The translations under genes were made by a program, and so were the position numbers. 45,668 nucleotides of DNA from a virus, in IMG/VR virus record IMGVR_UViG_3300015203_000005, positions 1-45,668 of that record, one strand, 5' to 3'. A model generated the notes under the pieces. That model was not told where the DNA came from and ran no database searches. It was given only the letters and a program-made list of their open reading frames with translations. Below, piece by piece: positions 33,912 to 42,327 of the stretch. How positions within the stretch are numbered: the first letter of the stretch is position 1; the number at the start of each line of letters is the position of its first letter.

Positions 33912-34549
33912 AACTTACTTTTTATGTATTTGAGTAGACTTTTCATTTCCATCTGCGCGCTATCCAACAACGCTGGGTATTGACTAACCGCGAACGGCAT
34001 TACCACGTGTGGTTCCACCTTACTCTGGCCGATATAGTAAAAATCTTTGCGCGGCACAGCGGCCAGATAAATCGCGGCCTGCAAAAAATCCATCGCCGCC
34101 ACGAAAGCCGCCATAGCCGTTAGCTTGGTAGTCTTAAGATCACATATACTATCAGTATTGAGTATATCTATACGACCGTAGACCGGTACGCCGTAGATGG
34201 ATGGAACCACAATACCGCGTTTGGATTTATATTTATCAAGTACAGCACGCGGTCCAAAATCAATCTCATTAACGGATTTTATCAGCAACCTTTTGGCAAT
34301 CATATTGCGTTCCATCGCCTGCATCATGAGCGCCAATTTTTTTTCTTCGTCTAGCGATAAAATGGTAAGTCGTTTCTTTTCCAGTAGTCGTGAGTGGTGC
34401 TCCTTACCGAACGTGTGCCATACTTCCTCCTTGTAGGCGGTTGGTTCCACACAGTCGCGGACATTTTTTATACTACTGTAGCTGGCATACCCACGCTTAC
34501 GGATATAGTCCAATGCGGCTCGGTCGTCGTTAAATTCACTTGTAGGCAT
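33908..34549 (-). CDS. PD-(D/E)XK (RecB/Cas4-like) exonuclease
   Basis: GRIDIL ... CDLKTT ... QAAIY correspond to the D, ExK-type and QxxxY motifs. Confidence 0.7.
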   Translation of the reverse strand: MPTSEFNDDRAALDYIRKRGYASYSSIKNVRDCVEPTAYKEEVWHTFGKEHHSRLLEKKRLTILSLDEEKKLALMMQAMERNMIAKRLLIKSVNEIDFGPRAVLDKYKSKRGIVVPSIYGVPVYGRIDILNTDSICDLKTTKLTAMAAFVAAMDFLQAAIYLAAVPRKDFYYIGQSKVEPHVVMPFAVSQYPALLDSAQMEMKSLLKYIKSKL

Positions 34550-34562
34550 CTTAATTAGTTAG

Positions 34563-34639
34563 TGGAGAAACTTGGATTCGAACCACATCTCAGGTCGGAG
34601 TCCGGACGCCTGCGCTTTGCCATTAAGCTATGTTTCCCC
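34563..34639 (-). tRNA. tRNA-like element 3 (77 nt) with G3-U70 and A73; possible CCG anticodon loop, but weak anticodon stem
   Basis: GGGGAAA/TTTCTCC acceptor including G3.U70; D stem GCTT/AAGC with loop AATGGCA; TTCGAAT T loop; loop GUCCGGA fits the U33-NNN-R37 pattern. Confidence 0.55.
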
Positions 34640-34641
34640 TT

Positions 34642-34671
34642 ATAAAAAAGGCAGCCTACGGGGGCCGCCTT
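34642..34671 (-). terminator. Rho-independent terminator after the SSB-like gene
   Basis: Minus strand AAGGCGGCC-cccgta-GGCTGCCTT followed by a T-run. Confidence 0.65.
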
Positions 34672-34696
34672 TCTAACTTAAACTATCAACCAAACA

Positions 34697-35266
34697 CTAT
34701 TTGAAATGATACTCCGTCACATCGTTACCTTCAACCTCCCAAGGATTTTCTCCGGTAAACAGTGCATCAAGATTACACGGCTTTGCATTTGCGGCTTTAA
34801 TCGCTTCTTTGTCCAGTGCTTTCTTAGGCGACGGCTGAACACCATACCTGGTCTTTTTGCCTTCGCCCTTTTTGGTTACGGTAATGTCGTAGCTAAAAGG
34901 ATTTCCCCAATCGGGATTCTTGGCATAGGCGTTGATGCCTTTGATAACCGACTGTTGCGTGATCTCCAAAACTTTCACCTCTCCATCTTCACGATCGATC
35001 ACAACGACGGTCATGAATTTTTTAGGTTTATCTTTGGGGTCTTTTGATGGTGCATCGGGTTCACCATCTTCAATGGAAGACCGGACCGGCTTACGTGTCT
35101 CGTCTTCATCTTCTTCCCACACGATCCATCCCATAAGGGGTTTGGAAATGATACGGAACTTTGTATCGCCAGCTTCAAACCGGAGATAACTGGACTGGCC
35201 TTCTGATTCGGCTTCGTCAGCGAAACCGTTAAATTGCTTTGCGGATTTTGTTTGCGGTTTACCCAT
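34697..35266 (-). CDS. 189-aa acidic protein, putative ssDNA-binding/recombination protein
   Basis: First gene of the leftward operon, upstream of the exonuclease. The function is a guess based on context and OB-like beta-rich segments. Confidence 0.5.
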   Translation of the reverse strand: MGKPQTKSAKQFNGFADEAESEGQSSYLRFEAGDTKFRIISKPLMGWIVWEEDEDETRKPVRSSIEDGEPDAPSKDPKDKPKKFMTVVVIDREDGEVKVLEITQQSVIKGINAYAKNPDWGNPFSYDITVTKKGEGKKTRYGVQPSPKKALDKEAIKAANAKPCNLDALFTGENPWEVEGNDVTEYHFK

Positions 35267-35378
35267 TTTGTTTAATTTGTTTATTTGCCGCATTGTTACG
35301 GCACACAAGGTTAACTATATATAATGAGAAAAACTAGGCCGATAAGCCGGAATAACTTATTCATTTTGACTGCTATTA

Positions 35379-35408
35379 GGTTTACAAAGTTTACCTTATT
35401 AAGTTTAC
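35379..35408. promoter_or_regulatory. Three (A/G)GTTTAC repeats in the divergent control region
   Basis: GGTTTAC (35379), AGTTTAC (35388) and AGTTTAC (35402), between the divergent operons. TAAGTTTA resembles the Bacteroidota -7 element TAnnTTTG. Confidence 0.3.
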
Positions 35409-35432
35409 AGCCACAAAAAAGCTAAAAATTGT

Positions 35433-35549
35433 ATGAAAAAACGAAAAAGGGTCATCGCTTTTAAAGTTTGTGACGCAGACCGGGCAGAGATTAAAAAAGC
35501 AGTTAGAAAAATTTTAGAAGCCAAAGGATATAAACTCTATAAGGTTTGA
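35433..35549 (+). CDS. 38-aa basic micro-protein
   Basis: MKKRKRVIAFKVCDADRAEIKKAVRKILEAKGYKLYKV. Its stop overlaps the polymerase TTG start. Confidence 0.35.
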   Translation: MKKRKRVIAFKVCDADRAEIKKAVRKILEAKGYKLYKV

Positions 35550-37324
35550 ACTACCTGGCAATTGATATAGAAACAATCGGCCTTGCGCCATACAATGGAT
35601 GTATATGGATGATTTCCATATGCGGTGCTGATTTAAAGCCCAGGGTTTTCCATGATTGCAACGGTATGAAACAATGCCCCAAGGAACTTGTTGCCATACT
35701 CCAGGATAAAAGTGTGTGCAAAGTAATCCATAATGGCGAATTCGATATGCCATATATAGAATTGAATTGGGGCATACGGATCAGGAACGTATGGGATACG
35801 ATGGTCGCAGAAAAAATCATACAAGGCGTAACGGCGGATGATAGAAAGGTATCGGAGGCATTTAATATAGCCCATTCTGCCAGCCTTAAATATACTTTGG
35901 CCCGCTATGGTTTACCAGTACCCAATAAATCTATACGGGAAAATTTTATTAATCGAAAAAAAGGCCGCCCCTTCACCAAAGAAGAGATACAATATGCAGG
36001 AGACGATGTAAAATACCTTTTACCACTTCGCAAAGCACAAGAACACTTGCTCACCCGTGACAAACTACTCGAAGTTGCACTCCTTGATAACAAGGTGGTG
36101 GAAAAAATTTCGCGCATGCGGGTATTGGGTGTCGGGGTAGATAAACAACGATGGTTAGAGGTTGCGGATACAAACCTACAGGAGTACAAACGTGCTGTGG
36201 CAATGCTGCCCAGGTCGGTGGCAAACTGGGGAAGCAACCAACAAGTAAAATACTACTTTAAACAAAAGTATGGTATTGTAATCGACACGTATAAAAACCT
36301 CAAGAAGATATACCTGACTACACGTAACCCGATGCTAGGGTTGTTTATCAAAACCCAAATGCTCTATTCAGACGCTACGGGGTATGGCAAGACCTGGTTA
36401 TATCGGGATGATGGGACAAGTTATATAGATGCAGATGGAAGGGTCCGGCCATCATATGACCAGAACAAAAATACCGGCCGGTTTTCCACCAGCAATCCCA
36501 ATGTCCTCGGTTTTCCACGCAAAGGACGGCAACGTAGCTGCATAGTTCCAAAGCCTGGACATGTTTTTGTAATAGGCGACTTTGCGGGGCAGGAAATCGC
36601 TATCATGGCGGCGGCATCTAAGGAGGATTTCTGGATTGATGCATTACTCCGTGGCGAAGATATTCACGGCCTAATGGCTTCTATTATTAGCGCAGATAGG
36701 TGGTTAAGGGCAAAAGAAAAAGGTTGTACATTTCCTAAAAAATGTAAATGCCCTGATCATATTGCACAGCGTGCACCGGCAAAAGAATCCAACTTTCTAC
36801 TAGCCTATGGCGGCGGTGCAGACAAACTATTAGAACGAATTATCAAAGGCATATTTGAAAAGGGTATACCTGATGCCAAAGAAATAGAACGCGTGATGGA
36901 TCTCAAGGCAGCAAAAATTTTCATACATAAACATAAAAGGGCACTTCGTAAGCTAGTGCGCTGGCTGGAACAAAATGGAAAAGATGCAATCAAGACTGGC
37001 ATTAGCTATTCGGCAGACCCATACCGTAGGCGGCGTGTACTTAAGGGTGAAGAAGAATGGCAAATACGGAATCAAGGAATGAACAATCCAGTGCAAAGTA
37101 GTGCGGCTAATATGATTAAAGTAGCGCTTATTTCCATGCCGGATGAGTATGATATTATATTGCCGTTCCATGATGAACTTGTGGCGGAGGTGCCGAAAAA
37201 AATTGCCAAAAAATGCGCCATTGTTATGGCAAAGATAATGGAAGATGCCGCAGACTACATTACAGGCATCCACGGACTTATACGAGCAGATGTAAAAATT
37301 CAAAATGACTATACTAAAAACTAA
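35546..37324 (+). CDS. Family A DNA polymerase with 3'-5' exonuclease domain
   Basis: LAIDIETIG (Exo I), GDFAGQEIAIMAA (motif A), RAPAKESNFLLAYGGG (motif B), PFHDELVAEV (motif C). Confidence 0.9.
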   Translation: MNYLAIDIETIGLAPYNGCIWMISICGADLKPRVFHDCNGMKQCPKELVAILQDKSVCKVIHNGEFDMPYIELNWGIRIRNVWDTMVAEKIIQGVTADDRKVSEAFNIAHSASLKYTLARYGLPVPNKSIRENFINRKKGRPFTKEEIQYAGDDVKYLLPLRKAQEHLLTRDKLLEVALLDNKVVEKISRMRVLGVGVDKQRWLEVADTNLQEYKRAVAMLPRSVANWGSNQQVKYYFKQKYGIVIDTYKNLKKIYLTTRNPMLGLFIKTQMLYSDATGYGKTWLYRDDGTSYIDADGRVRPSYDQNKNTGRFSTSNPNVLGFPRKGRQRSCIVPKPGHVFVIGDFAGQEIAIMAAASKEDFWIDALLRGEDIHGLMASIISADRWLRAKEKGCTFPKKCKCPDHIAQRAPAKESNFLLAYGGGADKLLERIIKGIFEKGIPDAKEIERVMDLKAAKIFIHKHKRALRKLVRWLEQNGKDAIKTGISYSADPYRRRRVLKGEEEWQIRNQGMNNPVQSSAANMIKVALISMPDEYDIILPFHDELVAEVPKKIAKKCAIVMAKIMEDAADYITGIHGLIRADVKIQNDYTKN

Positions 37325-37326
37325 CT

Positions 37327-37962
37327 ATGAAAACCAAACTGCCACCAATCACCTGGTCATCCCGCGAGGTTGACACAAAGGCCATCGCGCCAACGCCGAA
37401 CAATTTTAAAATCAAAACAGACTTGGGCAAAGCCCGGTTCCTGGCATCCGTTGGATCGTTTGGCCGCGCAGGTACAGTCATTTGTAACTGGGCCGCGAAA
37501 TTTGGCGACATCACGAAATTAATCCTTATTGATGGTAATAGCCGTTGGGAAGACGCCATAGAAAAGAAGGAACGCCGTATATGGGTATCACTACCATCCC
37601 GCATACTTACACCTACCGAGTTTAAGGAGTTTAGTGCCATGATAGATTTTGCAAAAGCCGGAGAGGTGGATATGAACCGAATCGAACAAGAGCTTGGTAC
37701 CACTAAATCGTTTTTTGATAAGTACGGCCTGGAAGTGCCAATGGAAAAACTAAATGAACTTGGCGCGAAGGCAGGAAAGGGTCCGGCCAAGACAGAAACT
37801 AAAGAAGTCGCGCCGCCGATAGAAATTGACGAATATCCTGTTACGCTGTTCTTTAACAAGAAGCAGGAGGCGGAGTTTCGGAAGATTGAGGAACGGCTGA
37901 AGGTTAAGCTAAAGACTATTTCAACCTCTGATACGGTGCTGAAGGCGCTGAGGAAGTTATGA
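37327..37962 (+). CDS. ParB-like nuclease domain protein
   Basis: LILIDGNSRWEDAI matches the ParB/Srx DGxxR core. Commonly found next to phage methylases. Confidence 0.65.
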   Translation: MKTKLPPITWSSREVDTKAIAPTPNNFKIKTDLGKARFLASVGSFGRAGTVICNWAAKFGDITKLILIDGNSRWEDAIEKKERRIWVSLPSRILTPTEFKEFSAMIDFAKAGEVDMNRIEQELGTTKSFFDKYGLEVPMEKLNELGAKAGKGPAKTETKEVAPPIEIDEYPVTLFFNKKQEAEFRKIEERLKVKLKTISTSDTVLKALRKL

Positions 37963-38663
37963 AGTACATGGGAAGCAAAGGCAGGATTGCAAAACACTTG
38001 CTACCGATTATACTCAAAGATCGTAAACCAGATCAATGGTATGTGGAGCCATTCTGCGGTGGTTGCAATATGCTTGATAAGGTTACTGGACCACGTATCG
38101 GTGCAGACGCCATGCCAGAGGTTATTGCAATGTTTAAGGCTATGCAACAAGGCTGGCTGCCACCTAAACATATTACAGAAGATGAATGGGTACGCGTACG
38201 AAAAAATTCTGCCGACTTAGCCTTACGTGGATACATTGGTTTTGGTTTCTCCTTTGGCGGTGGTTTCTTTAATTCAATAGCCCGACACGAACGCGTTAAA
38301 GGAAGTTACAAATCCTCTAACAAAATGAATACGCAAGTATATGCGTCATTTATAAAACAAATATCTTTACTTCAGGACGTTATATTTATTTTGAGTGACT
38401 ATCGTAACTTACGCTTACCACCACAAAGTCTTATATATTGCGACCCGCCATACGCCGGAACACAAAACTATAAATCTGGCGCGTTCAACGGCAATGAGTT
38501 TTATGATTGGTGCCGAACCAAAAAAGCCGAAGGGCATACTATATTTATATCAGAATACCGTATGCCAAAAGATTTTAAATGTGTTTTTGCAAAATCACAC
38601 AAAGTACATTTGAATGCAATCAACGGAGTCAAGGATCGTATTGAAAAACTGTTTACCCTATGA
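37959..38663 (+). CDS. Dam-type N6-adenine DNA methyltransferase (D12 class)
   Basis: MKYMGSKGRIAKHLLP N-terminus and catalytic IYCDPPYAGT. Confidence 0.85.
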   Translation: MKYMGSKGRIAKHLLPIILKDRKPDQWYVEPFCGGCNMLDKVTGPRIGADAMPEVIAMFKAMQQGWLPPKHITEDEWVRVRKNSADLALRGYIGFGFSFGGGFFNSIARHERVKGSYKSSNKMNTQVYASFIKQISLLQDVIFILSDYRNLRLPPQSLIYCDPPYAGTQNYKSGAFNGNEFYDWCRTKKAEGHTIFISEYRMPKDFKCVFAKSHKVHLNAINGVKDRIEKLFTL

Positions 38664-38971
38664 AAACCATCTACATCGCCCACCCCATCAGCGGCGACAT
38701 ACCCGGTAACCTAAAGAAAATTATCGCTATTATTCGCTCCATTAACCTTACCATGCCTGACGTTGTACCACTTGCCCCGTATTACACGGATATACTGGCA
38801 CTGGATGACACGGTGCCTGCCGAACGCAAACACGGTATAGCCAACGACATGCACGTTATAAGGACGTGTATCGATGAACTATGGGTGTACGGTGATTATG
38901 AAAATTCAATTGGCTGTATGGCCGAGATGGCGCTCTGCCAAGAACTTAATATACCTATTGTTATACACTAA
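38660..38971 (+). CDS. DUF4406 / nucleoside 2-deoxyribosyltransferase-like protein
   Basis: MKTIYIAHPISGD N-terminus and ...CIDELWVYG...SIGCMAEMALC layout. Confidence 0.45.
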   Translation: MKTIYIAHPISGDIPGNLKKIIAIIRSINLTMPDVVPLAPYYTDILALDDTVPAERKHGIANDMHVIRTCIDELWVYGDYENSIGCMAEMALCQELNIPIVIH

Positions 38972-38983
38972 AAAACAAATCAA

Positions 38984-39193
38984 ATGACAAACTTAACACT
39001 TGAAGAAATTTATTGCTACTACCACCGGCTCTTTTCCATTGTATATGACGGAAACGAATTAAACGTGGTCCGAGAACGAGATAAGCAACTAATTGCCAGT
39101 GTCCCAGTTGGTCGAAACCGTGATCTTATTAAAGATACGTTTTATGCCTTAAAAAATAAATACATACTAGACTACGACAACGCCTGTGTCTAA
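38984..39193 (+). CDS. 69-aa hypothetical protein
   Basis: ORF track. Confidence 0.5.
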   Translation: MTNLTLEEIYCYYHRLFSIVYDGNELNVVRERDKQLIASVPVGRNRDLIKDTFYALKNKYILDYDNACV

Positions 39194-41573
39194 CGAAAAA
39201 GAGATACAAAGCCTCCACGACCAAGGCTTTGTTATTCTACGCGCACAACGTACCACCAATGCCCCGATAGGTTGGAAGCGAAAGCTAAGTCCGACCAATA
39301 AAGTCAAGTGGGGGTATGCGGCAGAAATGGCTGACCCACTTCTGTCCGTGTACCATTCTACCTTCAATGCGGCGATTCTATCGCGTTCGCATTGCGGATT
39401 CTATTTGGGGTGGGGCAACCTGTGTTGTATTGATCTGGATACTAAAAAGATTGACGAGGCGACTACTACGGCGCTAAAAAATCAGATTATAAAAAAACTA
39501 GGTGCCAATGTAGTAGTGGAACAAACAAAATCAAACGGGTACCACATCTATTTCCTGTATGAACAGCGTCTGGACAACATACCGGATTGGACCGGGCAGA
39601 ATGGAACGAACTGGATCGAAATGTACTACAGTAAGCGATTTATTGCTTGCTATCTGTCTAACTCTAAGAAATATAAACTTGAGCACGGTAGTTTACTTAC
39701 TCTTAAGCCGCTTAGTTCCACCCAGCACAAGGCATTGTTAACGATCCTGGCGCCGTATAAAGGAAAAAAATCCGCCACAAGGAAGCAAAGCAGTACCACA
39801 CCCATAGATGACGAGACGTGGGAACAGGCCGAGGCATACGTAAAGCAAATAGAGGAAAAGGAACTGGATGTTACAGGTGACAATCCTGAGTGGTTCAAGA
39901 TTGGTAAAGGGTTTGCTAATGCGTTTGGGGCAAAGGGTTTTGATATGTTCAACAGGCTGTCCCAGTTTTCTCCACTTTACAATGCCGATACAATCGAAAC
40001 CGACTATGGAAATTTTTGCAACGGCGAAAAAAATCCGCCAAAGAAGAAACTCACCATTGCCACCTTTTTTAAGATATGTGAAGATAACGGCCTGCTTGAT
40101 TTAAACACCTTGCAAACTTTAAAGCTGAATCCACCGGCCAGTGTAAAGGAGTTTGAACTAACGTTGACTAAGAAGGAGAGAATGCCGGAACACGTACACA
40201 AATTAGTAAGCGCATTCGTACAGCATGTGGAAATATGTTGTATTGACCAGGCCAGCTTCTTTATCTTCGAACAGACGCATTGGGTAAAACGAAACGCAAA
40301 GTTTGTAGTTGATCTTATAAACAATTTTGTAGATCGGTCGGACGTTGAGGATCGCTATCGCAACTTACTTCGCACTGTGCCGTATCTTAAGATGGCAATT
40401 GAGGAACTAAAACTGACCACTATGCGGGAGGCACTAGAGCCACGTACCGGCAACCTGCACGATGGCGTGTTTATTAATCTTGAGAACGGTGTGCTGCATA
40501 TTAATATAAAGACTGGAAAACGAAAACTATTAGACCATGAATCAAGCTACAATTTCACGACGTTGTTACCATACTGCTATGAACCTGCCACGACCTGTCC
40601 GCGTTTTGACACATGGTTATCCACGCAGGTACCAGACACCACGTTGCATGAGGCTTACTTCGCATTTGTTGCGTCGTGTCTCACAAAACATAAAGCCGAT
40701 ATTATCATGCTACTCGTGGGAGATACAAGTACTGGGAAATCATCTCTCATCGAGATTACGCGGCGGGTCATCGGCCTTGATAATGCTGTTGCGGTTTCTG
40801 CTGGTATCCTCTTTGGTGGAACACCAGAGGCGCAGACGCAAGCCATGATGATGGAAAACAAACTATTGGCCTATGACTTTGATTCCCAACCATTTAAACA
40901 CTTGGAGATGTTGCTTAAGGTTGCGGCGCAGGAACCGTTACCCGGCTGGCAGATGCACGTCACACGGCGGCCGGTGATTAACTATGGGCGGCTGCTCGTT
41001 GCAATGAACAGATACAGTTATAGCGTTTTTAATCCGGCTGTCGCACGGCGCCTGATTACCATTCCAATGGACGTACAGGTTAAAAAGGATAACACCATTA
41101 TGCCGGCGATATATGATAACGAGCTGGCTGGTATCTTTAACCATGTGGTAAATGACGGCCTAAAGCATTTGATCGAGAATGGTGGGCAGATACATATAAC
41201 GGATGCAATGCGGCAGGCCACAGTCGATTTCCATATGCGCGAGCGAGATAGCGTGCGGTGGTTTAAAGATAATTATACAGTACCAAAAGAAAGTAGTGAT
41301 AAAAGTAATAGATTAACAGCAAAACAAAAGTTAGAAAAAGCTAATGACGAGCTTAAGATTGAATTATTTACTGTCTCTGAAATGTACAAAAAGTTTAAGG
41401 ACTATATGACTGACGAAGAAAATATGCCGGAAATACGGGTGCAGATGCGAAAACATTTTGCGCAAGACCTTAAGTTAATTGGTATTGAGGATAAGGTCTA
41501 TAAAACTGCTACAGAAAAAACCGATTGGGGGATTTACTTACATAAAATAAAACAAGATGAAAAAACAAAATGA
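39186..41573 (+). CDS. Primase-polymerase / SF3 helicase fusion (P4/D5-type replicative primase-helicase)
   Basis: N-terminal prim-pol-like CCIDLDTK ... GYHIYF. C-terminal Walker A LLVGDTSTGKSS. 795 aa. Confidence 0.85.
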   Translation: MSNEKEIQSLHDQGFVILRAQRTTNAPIGWKRKLSPTNKVKWGYAAEMADPLLSVYHSTFNAAILSRSHCGFYLGWGNLCCIDLDTKKIDEATTTALKNQIIKKLGANVVVEQTKSNGYHIYFLYEQRLDNIPDWTGQNGTNWIEMYYSKRFIACYLSNSKKYKLEHGSLLTLKPLSSTQHKALLTILAPYKGKKSATRKQSSTTPIDDETWEQAEAYVKQIEEKELDVTGDNPEWFKIGKGFANAFGAKGFDMFNRLSQFSPLYNADTIETDYGNFCNGEKNPPKKKLTIATFFKICEDNGLLDLNTLQTLKLNPPASVKEFELTLTKKERMPEHVHKLVSAFVQHVEICCIDQASFFIFEQTHWVKRNAKFVVDLINNFVDRSDVEDRYRNLLRTVPYLKMAIEELKLTTMREALEPRTGNLHDGVFINLENGVLHINIKTGKRKLLDHESSYNFTTLLPYCYEPATTCPRFDTWLSTQVPDTTLHEAYFAFVASCLTKHKADIIMLLVGDTSTGKSSLIEITRRVIGLDNAVAVSAGILFGGTPEAQTQAMMMENKLLAYDFDSQPFKHLEMLLKVAAQEPLPGWQMHVTRRPVINYGRLLVAMNRYSYSVFNPAVARRLITIPMDVQVKKDNTIMPAIYDNELAGIFNHVVNDGLKHLIENGGQIHITDAMRQATVDFHMRERDSVRWFKDNYTVPKESSDKSNRLTAKQKLEKANDELKIELFTVSEMYKKFKDYMTDEENMPEIRVQMRKHFAQDLKLIGIEDKVYKTATEKTDWGIYLHKIKQDEKTK

Positions 41574-41985
41574 TTTCTTTAACCTGGGTGAAGGATTTTC
41601 ACCTGAGCATGATCAATTAGTATTTGAGGCGGAAGCCTATTTTAAAAAACAATTCAACGTTAGTAAAGTAAGTTATGAAGTACCGTTAATAGCACGAAAC
41701 AATTTTATTGTGGGCTATGTAGATTTACTCATTGAAACAACCTATAAGAGTAAAATAGATAAATGTAATTATGCTGGATGTTCATTAGTGGTTGAGGTTA
41801 AGCCTACTATCGGTTCATTTGGCGCGCTACTTAGGCAATTAAACACATACAAACTGCATCTGAATAGAATTAATAAACCAGAAATATGTGTCTACAGCAA
41901 CGATACACGATTTAGTGCACAGCTTGAATCTCAGGGATATATCCAGTATTTCAAAGGCAAAAAACTACCTAAGAAAAAGGCCTAA
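41557..41985 (+). CDS. PD-(D/E)XK-fold nuclease candidate (Hjc/VRR-Nuc-like)
   Basis: GYVDLLIE ... LVVEVKPTIGSFGALLRQL fits the D...ExK...Q spacing. Confidence 0.5.
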   Translation: MKKQNDFFNLGEGFSPEHDQLVFEAEAYFKKQFNVSKVSYEVPLIARNNFIVGYVDLLIETTYKSKIDKCNYAGCSLVVEVKPTIGSFGALLRQLNTYKLHLNRINKPEICVYSNDTRFSAQLESQGYIQYFKGKKLPKKKA

Positions 41986-42200
41986 GTTTTACTTACCGAT
42001 GGGGGGCAAAAACTACTTACCGACAAAAAGTGCTTAGTATAACCGCCTAGGCGGGTATAAGTTTTACTTACCGACTCGCCCGACGAAGGCCCTAACTGCC
42101 TGATAACCAATACAGTAAGTCGGTAAGTAGAATAGTTCATGATAGGTTGGGCTCTGATATTTGTATATGGCTCCCTTAGCGGCCAAGTTTTACTTACCGA
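41984..42200. repeat. Iteron array: 4 direct and 1 inverted copy of (AAGTTT)TACTTACCGA
   Basis: Direct copies at 41984-41999, 42008-42023 (variant), 42059-42074 and 42185-42200. Inverted copy TCGGTAAGTAG at 42120-42130. Partial copy at 42330-42339. Confidence 0.85.
42038..42059. repeat. 22-bp near-perfect palindrome TATAACCGCCTAGGCGGGTATA
   Basis: The core CCGCCTAGGCGG is a perfect 12-bp palindrome. Embedded in the iteron array. Confidence 0.8.
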
Positions 42201-42327
42201 GCAGAATAGGGTGGAAAACCGGATTAAGTAAATTTGTAGTAATTTTACATTATGGTTAACAAAAACCGGAACCATCCCCTAGAAGGCCAACCCTCAGCGC
42301 AGAGGTTAAAATAGTCGGCTTGCCGGG

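Noticed and set aside
37314-37997. 227-aa minus-strand ORF opposite the ParB-like gene
   Set aside because: It fully overlaps a + strand gene that has a recognisable ParB core motif and coupled neighbours. Its product is Ser/Phe-rich with no motif.
41984-42200. CRISPR-like array
   Set aside because: The repeats are only ~16 nt, their spacing is irregular (24, 51 and 126 nt), one copy is inverted, and no cas genes are present.
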